This document shows, piece after piece, positions 19,690-29,265 of a stretch of DNA of 64,000 nt. The notes beneath the pieces were generated by a model. The model searched no databases and was not told the DNA's origin. It saw only the letters and a program-made list of their open reading frames with translations. The position numbers and the translations under genes are program-made. Source of the stretch: Candidatus Latescibacterota bacterium (GTDB lineage Bacteria > Latescibacterota > UBA2968 > GCA-2709665); assembly GCA_965208835.1 (NCBI GenBank), contig OZ242358.1, positions 2,720,001-2,784,000 of the forward strand. The letters run 5' to 3'. How positions within the stretch are numbered: position 1 is the stretch's first letter; every line of letters starts with the position of its first letter.

Positions 19690-20463
19690 TCAATAAAGCA
19701 ATGTCTTGGTCAGGAAGTAGTCCAGGATCAGAATGGACGCAGCCGAAATCACGACCGCCGCCGTCGCCGCCCGGCCCACGCCTTGAGCCCCGCCCGTTGC
19801 CGTCAGACCGGCGTAGGAACCGTAAAAGGTGATCATGCCCCCGTAAACCACGGACTTGATGACGCATACCACGAGATCGTACGAACTCCAGTCCAGCTTC
19901 ATTCCCTTCACAAAATCGGCAACCGTGATGTCCATCAGCAGGATCGACATCACGTAACCCGCATAGATCGACGTAAAGGCGGAGAAGACCACCAGCACGG
20001 GGATCATCACAATACCCGCGAGAACCCTCGGCATGAGGAGGTACCCAACCGGATCCACTGCCAGTGAAATCAGTGCATCCACCTGCTCGGAGACCTTCAT
20101 TGTACCCACTTCAGACGCAATGCCCGCACCCACCTGACCTGCCAGGACCAGCCCCATGAGAATCGGCGCCAGTTCCAGCAGCACCGATCGGACAACGATG
20201 CTGCCGACCATGTAGTCAGGTACATAGTCCTCCATCTGGTAGGCCATCATCGTGGATACGGCCATGCCGCTGAAGGCCGAAACAAGGATTACCAGTGACA
20301 GAGAATTCACACCAACCGAGTAACACTGCTCGATGATCTGCCGCCTGTAGAAGTAGACGTTCGGCAGTTCGCCAAGAAACCGTCGGAAATACCCGTACAT
20401 CGAATAGGTAAGCAAAAGAAACCGGGCGGTCTTCATGCCCACAAATTCCATCAGGCGCTTCAC
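19690..20463 (-). CDS. mlaE: MlaE-family ABC permease
   Basis: ELAPIL, EVGTMKVSEQVDAL, GGAQGVGRAAT. Confidence 0.93.
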   Translation of the reverse strand: MKRLMEFVGMKTARFLLLTYSMYGYFRRFLGELPNVYFYRRQIIEQCYSVGVNSLSLVILVSAFSGMAVSTMMAYQMEDYVPDYMVGSIVVRSVLLELAPILMGLVLAGQVGAGIASEVGTMKVSEQVDALISLAVDPVGYLLMPRVLAGIVMIPVLVVFSAFTSIYAGYVMSILLMDITVADFVKGMKLDWSSYDLVVCVIKSVVYGGMITFYGSYAGLTATGGAQGVGRAATAAVVISAASILILDYFLTKTLLY

Positions 20464-20749
20464 GGGTCACTTCCTGAATTGGCTGAGCGGCCATATGCGA
20501 CCAGGTACGCCGTCCCGAGGATCGGGCGGCGCAAAGGGACGATGCGGTCGGAACCGGCGCGCCACGAAGTGCGAATTACACTTTCAATTTAACCATTAAA
20601 TACCGTTGGATCAATGACTATATACGTTTCCGGCATTGCCGGTTCGGTGGCCGTAAAGGCGCCGCGCCCGGGCTTGGGCAATGTCATGAAAAATGCGGGC
20701 CAGGGAGAGTACCCTGCCCGCGAGTTACCGAGTCGCTGCCGTTTCTCAA

Positions 20750-21619
20750 TCAGACCTGGTCCTGCCACGACTCTTCGGCGCGTACGCGTTGCCTGAAATA
20801 TCGGCGCAGTTTGCCGAGGGCGCGATTTCGGATCTGCCGTACGCGTTCCCGCGTGACACCCAGTTCCCTGCCGATTTCTCCAAGCGTCCTTCGATCTCCG
20901 CCCTCCAGGCCGAAATAAGAGCGGATGACGTTTGCCTCCCGCGGATCGAGGCTGCGCGCGAGAGAGGCGCTGATCAGTTCGGTGCGGTCTCTTTCCAGGA
21001 CCTCAAGATCGGGATAGGCTCCGGCACAGTCGAGCACCTGCAGCAATGTCTTCTCGCCTTCGGCGTCAATCGGAGATTCCAGGGAGAGGTCCGACCGGGC
21101 ACACCGAAGCGCGCGTTCAGCGCGCTTTCGACTGATCTTCATATCGCTGGCCACCTCTTCGACCGTCGGCACCCGCCCCAACTCCTGAGTCATCTGGCCC
21201 CATCGCCGGGCCATGCGATCCATGTCCTCCTGCCGGTTGGCAGGCATAGACACCGCGGACGTCCGTTTCAGCGCATTCAATATCGCCTGGCGAATCCACC
21301 AGACGGCATAGCTGATGAACTTGTACCCCCGGGTCTCGTCAAAACGGTTCAGGGCCTCCATCAACCCCATGTTGCCTTCGGCGATCAGATCCGAGAGTGG
21401 CACCCCCCGGCCCTGGTATTCGAGGGCGACGCTTACGACGAATCGCAAATTGGACGTAACGAGCCGTTCGATCGCCTTTTGATCGCCCTTTCGGGCCCGC
21501 GCGAGCGTTTCCATCTCCTCTTTACGCGTCATCGGGGGATAACGGCGCAGTTCCTTCAGGTATCGCTGTACGGAGGCGTCGTGCGGCAGACGTTTCCTTG
21601 TCGGTTCCTGGAAGTCCAA
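20750..21619 (-). CDS. RNA polymerase sigma factor, RpoD/SigA family, lacking region 1.1
   Basis: NLRFVVSVA, DLIAEGNMGL, KFISYAVWWIRQAI, TRERVRQI; likely TTG start at 21619. Confidence 0.92.
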   Translation of the reverse strand: MDFQEPTRKRLPHDASVQRYLKELRRYPPMTRKEEMETLARARKGDQKAIERLVTSNLRFVVSVALEYQGRGVPLSDLIAEGNMGLMEALNRFDETRGYKFISYAVWWIRQAILNALKRTSAVSMPANRQEDMDRMARRWGQMTQELGRVPTVEEVASDMKISRKRAERALRCARSDLSLESPIDAEGEKTLLQVLDCAGAYPDLEVLERDRTELISASLARSLDPREANVIRSYFGLEGGDRRTLGEIGRELGVTRERVRQIRNRALGKLRRYFRQRVRAEESWQDQV

Positions 21620-21839
21620 AGCTGAGTACAACCCCTTTTGCGGCGGAGAAGCCGCCGTCCAATCCCGCCGGCGTTTCCGGAACGGATGTGGATCGACGTA
21701 CGCATGGAACGATCTGGAATCACGAAAGTTCCAATTTCTTCGGATCCCGTACACGAGTCGCGGGCTGACTCCCGCCGCAAACGCGGGGGTCGCACCCCGG
21801 GTTCGATAGCACCGATAACCCGGAGTCGGTTTACAAACT

Positions 21840-21877
21840 AAAGAAAGAAACGAGCCGTCGAACAATCGACGGCTCGT
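21840..21877 (-). terminator. Terminator downstream of tRNA-Arg
   Basis: ACGAGCCGTCGA...TCGACGGCTCGT stem followed by minus-strand TTCTTTCTTT. Confidence 0.75.
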
Positions 21878-21889
21878 CGTGACAAGGTA

Positions 21890-21967
21890 TGGTGGGACAT
21901 ACAGGATTCGAACCTGTGACCTCTGGTTCCGGAGACCAGCGCTCTATCCAGACTGAGCTAATGCCCC
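21890..21967 (-). tRNA. tRNA-Arg(CCG)
   Basis: GGGGCAT/ATGTCCC acceptor, anticodon arm CTGGT-CTCCGGA-ACCAG, GGTTCGAATCC, CCA. Confidence 0.96.
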
Positions 21968-21986
21968 GCTGGACCCTTGAAAGTGG

Positions 21987-22076
21987 TCAGGCTTTCTTGT
22001 GGCGATCTCTTCTGCGACGTTTCTTGCGCTTGTGAGTCGCGATCTTATGGCGCTTTCGCTTTCTTCCGCAGGGCAA
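21987..22076 (-). CDS. 30S ribosomal protein bS22 (AURKAIP1/COX24 domain), 29 aa
   Basis: AAGGAG RBS, TTG start, MPCGRKRKRHKIATHKRKKRRRRDRHKKA*; below the ORF-track size cutoff. Confidence 0.85.
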   Translation of the reverse strand: MPCGRKRKRHKIATHKRKKRRRRDRHKKA

Positions 22077-22128
22077 TTAATGCTCCTTGTCGTGAGACTG
22101 ATTCTGATGCGAAATGGGTTCAGACCGC

Positions 22129-22407
22129 CTATTCACCCGTAAGGCCCGCCCGCAACTCCCTGGAAGGTTTGAAAACCGGCGCGGGGCGTTCTGGAATTTT
22201 TACGACGTCGCCCGTTTTTGGATTGCGCCCTATCCTGGGTGCGCGGGTCACGACCTTGAACGTCCCAAACCCTCGAATTTCAATGTGCTCGCCATGTTTC
22301 AATGCCGCCACAACCGAGTCGAGGAAACCCTCCACGACCGCCGCCGTATCCGATTTCGGCAACCCCGTGGCCTCTGCAATCTGACTGACGATATCGGCTT
22401 TGGTCAC
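22129..22407 (-). CDS. HU/IHF-family DNA-binding protein
   Basis: MTKADIV, IEIRGFGTF, GRNPKTG. Confidence 0.95.
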   Translation of the reverse strand: MTKADIVSQIAEATGLPKSDTAAVVEGFLDSVVAALKHGEHIEIRGFGTFKVVTRAPRIGRNPKTGDVVKIPERPAPVFKPSRELRAGLTGE

Positions 22408-22519
22408 CAGAACCCCTTTCGAAACCGGCTAATGACTCAACGAAAAACCGACCTGTCGAATTGGTTTGGACAAGCGAAAAGGATATACAAATGGAATCGC
22501 TTTGTCAACAAAAAACAGT

Positions 22520-24304
22520 CTACTGCCGGGCGCTGCCGATGTACTGGAGTTTGTGAAGCCGGTGATAGATACCCTTTCCGGCCAACAGGGCTTCGTGCGT
22601 CCCCGATTCGCGGATTTCACCCTTGTGGAGGACCAGAATCCGGTGCGCGCGCCGAACAGTCGAGATGCGATGCGCGATTACGATGGAAGTCCTCGACCGC
22701 ATCAGTCTGCCCACGGCATCCTGAATCCATGCCTCCGTCTCGGTGTCGACGCTGGACGTGGCTTCGTCGAGGACGAGAACGTCCGGATCAAACGCGATCG
22801 CCCGGGCAAAGGCCAGCAGCTGCCGCTGTCCGCCGGAGAGGGTGCCTCCCATTTCGGTTACGGCATGCCCGTATTCCCCGGGCAGCCGACTGATAAACCG
22901 GTCCGCGTTTACGTCTCTCGCGGCCTGCTCGACCCTCTGCTCCGAGATCTCGCGGTTTCTCAATCGGATATTCGCACCGATATCTCCCGAGAAGAGAAAC
23001 ACATCCTGCTGAACGACGCCGACGCGCCGCCTTAGTGCCTCCACGTCCCACTCCTTGATGTCGACCCCGTCAATTCGGATGTGCCCCCGCTGAATGTCGT
23101 AAAATCTGCACAGCAGATTGATAATGGTCGTCTTTCCTGATCCGGTCGCACCGACGATGGCCAGGCGTTCTCCCGGTTTCACCGTGAACGAAACGTCTTT
23201 CAGTACCCAGTCATCGTCGTTGTATGCGAACCAGACGTCGGAAAACTCGATCTCGCCACGGATCTTCTTCGGGCCCTCCTTGCCGAGGCCGGGCTCCGGC
23301 CGGGTATCCAGAAGTTCGAATATCCGCTCCGACGACGCCATCGCCGACTGAAGAATCGCGTACCGCTCCGCCACATCCAGAATCGGCCAGAAGAACCGCG
23401 GAATGTACTGCAGCATGGCGACCAGAGCACCCCACTCGATCTGAGACCGGATCACATCGCTGCTGCCCTGCCAGATAACGAGTGCCGTGGCAACGGAACC
23501 GAGCAGCTGCATAATCGGAAAATAGAGCGAATAATAAAGCGTAGACTCCAGATTTGCATTCAGGTACCGGCCGTTGATTCCGTCAAATCGATCCGCGTGT
23601 CGGCCCTCGCGGCCAAATAGCTGCACAACCGGCATACCCGTGATGTTTTCCTGCAAATAGGCGTTTAGTCGCGCCAACCGGGCGCGGGCAAGACGAAACG
23701 CCCGCAACATGCGGCCCTGGAACCAGAACGTCACCCCGAACATAACGGGCACGGTGGTGCAGACCAGCAGCGCCAGCGACGCGTCCATGTAATACATATA
23801 CGCCATAATCGCGATCAGCGTAAAGATATCGCTGAACACGGCCACGACCCCGTCTGTAAACAACTCGTTCAGCGCGTCCACGTCGTTGGTGTTTCGGGTC
23901 ATGAGGCGTCCGATCGGCGTGCGGTCGAAGAATCGTATGGGTAACCGCTGAAGGTGCGCGAAAATCTCCTTGCGTATATCGTACATGACCCACTGTCCGA
24001 CCATCTGCGTAACCATCCTCTGGGCGACGTCGGCCAGAAATTGAAACACAAGCAGGCCAACGAACACCAGGACGATCCGGTTCAGCCCCGCCAGATCTCC
24101 CGGCAGAATATGGTCGTCCACGGCAATCTTGCTCAAATATGGACCCGCCTGCCTGGCTGCAGACGTCAGAAGAATCAGCACGAACGCGACAATTACCCAG
24201 ACCCTGTACGGCCTTAGGTATCCCAGAAGGCGCCACATCAGCCGCGCGTCGAACGGCTTCCTGGTTATTTCCTCTTCGTGTATGTCGCGGCCTGTTTCAG
24301 TCAT
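22520..24304 (-). CDS. ABC exporter, fused TMD-NBD (heterodimer subunit)
   Basis: GATGSGKT, LSGGQRQ, LDEATS. Confidence 0.93.
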   Translation of the reverse strand: MTETGRDIHEEEITRKPFDARLMWRLLGYLRPYRVWVIVAFVLILLTSAARQAGPYLSKIAVDDHILPGDLAGLNRIVLVFVGLLVFQFLADVAQRMVTQMVGQWVMYDIRKEIFAHLQRLPIRFFDRTPIGRLMTRNTNDVDALNELFTDGVVAVFSDIFTLIAIMAYMYYMDASLALLVCTTVPVMFGVTFWFQGRMLRAFRLARARLARLNAYLQENITGMPVVQLFGREGRHADRFDGINGRYLNANLESTLYYSLYFPIMQLLGSVATALVIWQGSSDVIRSQIEWGALVAMLQYIPRFFWPILDVAERYAILQSAMASSERIFELLDTRPEPGLGKEGPKKIRGEIEFSDVWFAYNDDDWVLKDVSFTVKPGERLAIVGATGSGKTTIINLLCRFYDIQRGHIRIDGVDIKEWDVEALRRRVGVVQQDVFLFSGDIGANIRLRNREISEQRVEQAARDVNADRFISRLPGEYGHAVTEMGGTLSGGQRQLLAFARAIAFDPDVLVLDEATSSVDTETEAWIQDAVGRLMRSRTSIVIAHRISTVRRAHRILVLHKGEIRESGTHEALLAGKGIYHRLHKLQYIGSARQ

Positions 24305-24343
24305 CCGGTGCTCACGGGTTCGCGCAGTCTCGGATACAGGGTT

Positions 24344-26125
24344 TCAGATTGCATCCAGTTCGCGGGTCAACTGCTGCCGGCGGTACATAGCGGCATAGAT
24401 TCCGTCGCGGCCGATCAGTTCGTCGTGGGTACCGCGTTCGGCAATCGCCCCTCCGTCCAGTACCACAATCTGATCCGCATCCTGTACGGTCGAAATCCGG
24501 TGCGCAATCAGTATGGTGGTTCTGAGTTTCATGACGTCGCGCAGGCGATGCAATATCCTCTCTTCAGTCTGTGTATCGACGCTGGCGAGCGCATCGTCCA
24601 GGACGAGAATCTCCGGTCGACGAATCACCGCCCGGGCCAGAGCCGTGCGCTGCTTCTGGCCGCCCGACAAAGTGACGCCGCGCTCTCCAATTACCGTTTC
24701 GATCCCGTCAGGGAAATTCGCCAGATCGCTCGAAAGACCGGCGACCTCGCTCGCCCAACGTACGTCGGTCTCTGTTGCCCGGTCGCTTCCCAGGCAGATA
24801 TTCTCCCGAAGGGAGTCGGAGAAAAGAAACGTATCCTGCGGAACAAATCCGATGCAGGCCCTGAGTGTAGCCAGCGGAATCTCGTCCACGGGAATGCCGT
24901 CGATGAGCACGGTACCTCCGGGTGCCTGGAGCAGCCGCGGAATCAGGCGAGCCAGCGTGGTTTTTCCGGATCCCACGCGTCCAACCAGCGCCAATGTGCT
25001 TCCCCTGGGGATGTGAAGGTGGATGTCTTTCAGCACCGGCGCGCCGTTGTACGAAAAGGTCAGATTCCGGAATTCGATCTCGCCACCCAGCGTTGCGATA
25101 GCCCTGGTATTCGCCGTATCCTGAATTTCGGGCGATGTGCCAAGGACTTCCTGAATTCGCTTCATGGACGCCAGGCCCCGCTGGTACCGATCGATCATCC
25201 AACCCAGGGTAATCATCGGAAAGATCAGCCTGGTCAGGTAGGCGTTGAATGCCACAAAGTCCCCCAGGGTCAGCCGCCCGTCGATCACGTGTGCGCCCCC
25301 GATCCAGAGAATGACCGCCAGCGATGCGCCGCTGATAAGAAAGGTCAGAGGAAAAAGCAGACTCTGAATACGAATCAGGCTGCGGTTCTTTACCAGGTAG
25401 TCCCGGCTCAGTTCGTCGAACGCATCCATCTCCGCGCGGCCCTGGGCGAATGCCTTGACCACCCGGATGCCGGCCAGGTTTTCCTGGACCCGGGCGCTGA
25501 TACGCGAGAACTGTTCCTGCACGGATCGAAATCCGTGATGAACCCTGCCGGCCAGGCGGTTCATGACCAGAGCCATCACCGGCATCGGGACCACGGCAAG
25601 AATCGCCAGCTTCCAGTCGATCCAGCACATCACCAGCATACTCACGGAAAGGCCCAATACCGCGCCAAACAACATGCGTACACCGAATCCGAGAAACATC
25701 CGAACGGCGTTCATGTCGTTGGTCGCGCGGGATATCAGATCTCCCGTCGGCGTCCGATGATAGTAGCTCAGGGACAGTCTCAACAACGTCTTGAAATAGC
25801 CTTTCCGAATATCATACTCGACGAGTCGCGAGACGCTGATCAGACACCAGCGCATCCCCATTTCCAGACCCATCTGGGCGAGTGCAAGACCGACGATCAA
25901 CAGTACCCAGAATACAACCTGCTCGCCCACACTTTCCACCGAAGGAACGACTCCGCCATGCTCGCCGTCCAGCCACTCCTTTACCAGATCGACCGCCTCT
26001 CTCAACGCGAGCGGAATCGCGCTTGACGCCAGCTGACCTGCCGACAGCAGCACCAGACCCGCGAGGATACGGTTCCTGTAGGGTTTAAGATACTTCCAGA
26101 AGGGTCTGAAAGGATTGAGCGTCAC
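24344..26125 (-). CDS. ABC exporter, fused TMD-NBD (heterodimer partner with degenerate Walker B)
   Basis: GRVGSGKT, LSGGQKQR, LDDALAS. Confidence 0.93.
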   Translation of the reverse strand: MTLNPFRPFWKYLKPYRNRILAGLVLLSAGQLASSAIPLALREAVDLVKEWLDGEHGGVVPSVESVGEQVVFWVLLIVGLALAQMGLEMGMRWCLISVSRLVEYDIRKGYFKTLLRLSLSYYHRTPTGDLISRATNDMNAVRMFLGFGVRMLFGAVLGLSVSMLVMCWIDWKLAILAVVPMPVMALVMNRLAGRVHHGFRSVQEQFSRISARVQENLAGIRVVKAFAQGRAEMDAFDELSRDYLVKNRSLIRIQSLLFPLTFLISGASLAVILWIGGAHVIDGRLTLGDFVAFNAYLTRLIFPMITLGWMIDRYQRGLASMKRIQEVLGTSPEIQDTANTRAIATLGGEIEFRNLTFSYNGAPVLKDIHLHIPRGSTLALVGRVGSGKTTLARLIPRLLQAPGGTVLIDGIPVDEIPLATLRACIGFVPQDTFLFSDSLRENICLGSDRATETDVRWASEVAGLSSDLANFPDGIETVIGERGVTLSGGQKQRTALARAVIRRPEILVLDDALASVDTQTEERILHRLRDVMKLRTTILIAHRISTVQDADQIVVLDGGAIAERGTHDELIGRDGIYAAMYRRQQLTRELDAI

Positions 26126-26183
26126 GGTCGAATCCTATGGCTGATTCAACAATCCGTCCGACAGCGGCATACTGTCGGCCTAT

Positions 26184-26297
26184 CGGTCCGTTGATAAAGT
26201 CGCTCTGCAGGCGAGGTATGGTATCCCGTCCCGGAAATATGTCACCATTCGACCGCAAGGGCCGGCCGCAGCCCGGATGGGCTTTTTCAACGGGCTG
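26184..26297. mobile_element. Miniature inverted-repeat element (family A)
   Basis: Imperfect TIRs CGGTCCGTTGATAAAGTC and CAGCCCGTTGAAAAAGCC; CTAT direct repeat on both sides (26180-26183, 26298-26301). Confidence 0.7.
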
Positions 26298-26624
26298 CTA
26301 TGGGTCGGCGTGCCACCGATAGACGTCCAGATCGACTTTACCGTTCACGAAGGTCACGCCCTCGGCCTCGAGGAGCCGTTCCTGGACCAGGTGCGCCTTT
26401 CTTGCGCCTGTGCGAATCGACACGGTCCCCCGCGCGTTTATCACCCGATGCCACGGACACCTGGCACCTGCCGGCAATGCCTTGAGCGCCTGCCCCACCT
26501 GCCTGGGCCCAACACCCGCAATCCGGGCAATCTGTCCGTAGGTGGCCACGGTCCCTTCGGGAATCCTGTCGACCACCCGATAGATCCTTCGAAACGTGCG
26601 CTCGAATTCCGGCATTTTGTGCAT
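26298..26624 (-). CDS. Alkyltransferase-like protein (ATL, MGMT family)
   Basis: IPEGTVATYGQIA and PWHRV (Trp in place of catalytic Cys). Confidence 0.9.
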   Translation of the reverse strand: MHKMPEFERTFRRIYRVVDRIPEGTVATYGQIARIAGVGPRQVGQALKALPAGARCPWHRVINARGTVSIRTGARKAHLVQERLLEAEGVTFVNGKVDLDVYRWHADP

Positions 26625-26683
26625 GACCCCTGCGCAAATGATGGATCCCGCCTGCGCCTGCCCGCGTGCCGGAAACGGCCGGT

Positions 26684-27742
26684 CTAACGATCCGATACAC
26701 TGTTTTTCAGCAGCCAGTCTTCCAGATACCGGGAGGGATCCGTCTGCGACTCACATTGTTTGAAGATCCGGACGGCTGCCTTGAGGTCCTGACCCAGCGT
26801 CCGGTACACGCGATCGAAGATGTCTACCTTTTCGTGGTAGGTTCGATAGGCCATCATCACGGCGTTATTCAACCGGCGCCGGGGAAAGCGGGAATACACG
26901 CCGGTCTTCAGATCCAGCCCGTAAAAGCGATGCTTCGCACGTTCGAAGATGACCTCTCGCTCTTGCAGCTTCTCTTCGTAGGGGCGTTCCGTTTCGTAGA
27001 GCGCCTGGAGTTCTTTCGCAACACCATGCATGAATCGTCTGAAAGTTCGTTCGTCGGACCTCCTGTCCAGCATGACCTTCACGAAGGCAGCCTCCGGTCC
27101 GTAACGCTGCCGCATGAACTGCAGGGCGCCGGTTTCTCCCACAAATGTCGCCAGGCTTTCGTTGAAGGAGACATGGTCCTGAATCCACACCGTCCCGTGC
27201 GCCAACTCATGGATGATGAGTTCCGCCAGGTCGCCATCGCCGTAGCGCAGCATCGTACTCAGGATCGGATCCGCGAACCAGCCCAGCGTACTGTAGGCGC
27301 CAACGGGACGCAACAGTGTATCGAAATCTTGCGCATCCAGTCGATTCCGATCCACTTTCGCCCGGTCCAGATCAAAATAACCCCGGTAGGGAAATCTTCC
27401 CACTACCGGGTACGTCCATAAAACGGGCTCGATCCGGTCCTTTGGCGACGCTGTCAACTGCCACGAAACCGGTCCCTCGCCGATATCGATGTAGGTGCCG
27501 TAATTGCGGGACCGGGCAAGCCCGATCCGTTGTTCCGCGAACCGTCGCACCTCCTGAATGAATTCGAGCCGTTTACGGACCTCCTGATCCAGATTCCCAC
27601 CCGCAAGCAGGTTCGTTACGGGTTGACGGTTCCAGAGCAGTTTCGCCTGGCCGCGAACCAGGTGCCAATAGTATCCGAGTTCCAGGTTCAGGCCGAAAAT
27701 CAGGGGCAGCAGAACGACCATGGCCGGGTGGGTCCTGCTCAT
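26684..27742 (-). CDS. Putative zinc aminopeptidase
   Basis: PYRGYF, AYSTLGWFADP, HELAH...FNESLA. Confidence 0.85.
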   Translation of the reverse strand: MSRTHPAMVVLLPLIFGLNLELGYYWHLVRGQAKLLWNRQPVTNLLAGGNLDQEVRKRLEFIQEVRRFAEQRIGLARSRNYGTYIDIGEGPVSWQLTASPKDRIEPVLWTYPVVGRFPYRGYFDLDRAKVDRNRLDAQDFDTLLRPVGAYSTLGWFADPILSTMLRYGDGDLAELIIHELAHGTVWIQDHVSFNESLATFVGETGALQFMRQRYGPEAAFVKVMLDRRSDERTFRRFMHGVAKELQALYETERPYEEKLQEREVIFERAKHRFYGLDLKTGVYSRFPRRRLNNAVMMAYRTYHEKVDIFDRVYRTLGQDLKAAVRIFKQCESQTDPSRYLEDWLLKNSVSDR

Positions 27743-28314
27743 CTCGATCGTTCCGCATCCATGAAATAGTAACAGACGATGTGCTGGAGAACCATATGGA
27801 TGTCTTCGACTCTCCCCATGTGGTCCGATTCCACGACGATGCAGTGACGAGCCAGATCTTTCAGCTTCCCGCCACCGAATCCGGCAAAACCCACCGTATG
27901 ACAACCCAGCCGGTTTGCATATCGCACGGCACGGAGGACGTTTTCTGAATTTCCGCTCCCGCTGATCGCCAGCAATACGTCCCCGGGTTCCGTGAAGTTC
28001 TTCATCTGCTCGACGAACACGTCATCGTAGCTCAGATCGTTGCTCAGCGCCGTCATCCACGCCACGTTGTCGGTTAGCGGAATCACCTTGAACCGGGTCT
28101 CACGGCCGACCGATGCCCCCTTCCCCATGTCGTTCACGAAATGGGAGGCCGTACCCGCGCTACCGCCGTTTCCTATGGCAAAAATCCGGTTTCCGGAGTC
28201 CCTGGCGTTCCGCATGAGCGTGATGACAGAGGCGATTTGGGCGGGATTCAACGACGCCAGAAGTTTCCCGCTTTCCTGGATATATTTGGCGGCAAAGGTC
28301 TCAATGGACTCCAT
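27739..28314 (-). CDS. SIS-domain phosphoheptose isomerase (GmhA-like)
   Basis: GNGGSA, ISGSGNSEN, VEDIH. Confidence 0.88.
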   Translation of the reverse strand: MESIETFAAKYIQESGKLLASLNPAQIASVITLMRNARDSGNRIFAIGNGGSAGTASHFVNDMGKGASVGRETRFKVIPLTDNVAWMTALSNDLSYDDVFVEQMKNFTEPGDVLLAISGSGNSENVLRAVRYANRLGCHTVGFAGFGGGKLKDLARHCIVVESDHMGRVEDIHMVLQHIVCYYFMDAERSR

Positions 28315-28383
28315 GAAATTCCCCAATGTCCTGCGCCGAGACCGCACGCGCCGCCGTTCGGGCTTCGTTGCAACGCCTTACGG

Positions 28384-29250
28384 TCAGTCGCGTGAATCCA
28401 ACCCCGCCGCGCGCCAAGCTTCGTCCAGCCCCCGATGAGTCACGCGTACAGCTTCGCTCGCAGGTAGTTCCCTGACCTTCCGGCTGAATGGCTCCGGCGT
28501 GACGGGCCCTTTGTATCCGATCACGTTCAACGCGCTCAGGAAACCCACCAGATCGATCACGCCGGTCTCTGAGGGCAGCGCGCGAACCTGATCGATCTGT
28601 TCCCCCACGGCCACGTCGGCCGGCGCGTCATTCACGTGGACGTGAACGACGTCGTTCGGCGCGAGTCCCCTGATATCCGCCAGCGTTCCCAGCGAGGTAT
28701 ACCAGTGCCAGCAGTCCAGCAAGAGACCCGCGTTGCCGGTTCCGAGGGCCTCGCAGAATCCAAGCATGCCGGCAATGGAGTGGATGAAACCGTACGTCCG
28801 GTCGAGACGCTGCGTTCTCGGTCCGATGAACTCCAACCCAAGGCTGCATCCGTGGTCCTTCAACACATCACAAATCGGGCGCAGGCGGCCCACGCACCAC
28901 TGGAACTGCTCGCGGAAGGGCCGGTCATCGGAAGCCGGCGGTATCCACTGCGAGACCCTGAACGCGCCCACGGACGCGGCGGCTTCGGCCAAACCGGGCA
29001 ATACGTGCAGTTCACGCTTATAGTCCTCGAGCGGACCGTTCCAGGCAACCGGCAAACCCCATGCGCCGATTTTCAAGCCTGCATCGCGGAACAACCCCGT
29101 GACGTGGTCCGCACCCTTCTCTCGCACATACGCCGCCACCTCGCGAATATTGACATCCAGCCCCTGAAATCCCGCGTCCCTTGCAAATGAGAGTCCTTCC
29201 TCCAACGTCGCCTCGACACCGATGGCGCCGGGCGCCAGAGACTTGAACAT
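28384..29250 (-). CDS. Sugar phosphate isomerase/epimerase (xylose isomerase-like TIM barrel)
   Basis: GLEFIGP, LLDCWHW, HVHVND, PEPF. Confidence 0.88.
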   Translation of the reverse strand: MFKSLAPGAIGVEATLEEGLSFARDAGFQGLDVNIREVAAYVREKGADHVTGLFRDAGLKIGAWGLPVAWNGPLEDYKRELHVLPGLAEAAASVGAFRVSQWIPPASDDRPFREQFQWCVGRLRPICDVLKDHGCSLGLEFIGPRTQRLDRTYGFIHSIAGMLGFCEALGTGNAGLLLDCWHWYTSLGTLADIRGLAPNDVVHVHVNDAPADVAVGEQIDQVRALPSETGVIDLVGFLSALNVIGYKGPVTPEPFSRKVRELPASEAVRVTHRGLDEAWRAAGLDSRD

Positions 29251-29265
29251 GCGGACCTCCATCGG

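Noticed and set aside
21620-21840. Hairpins upstream of the sigma factor gene as a riboswitch
   Set aside because: Two local stems only; no recognisable aptamer consensus
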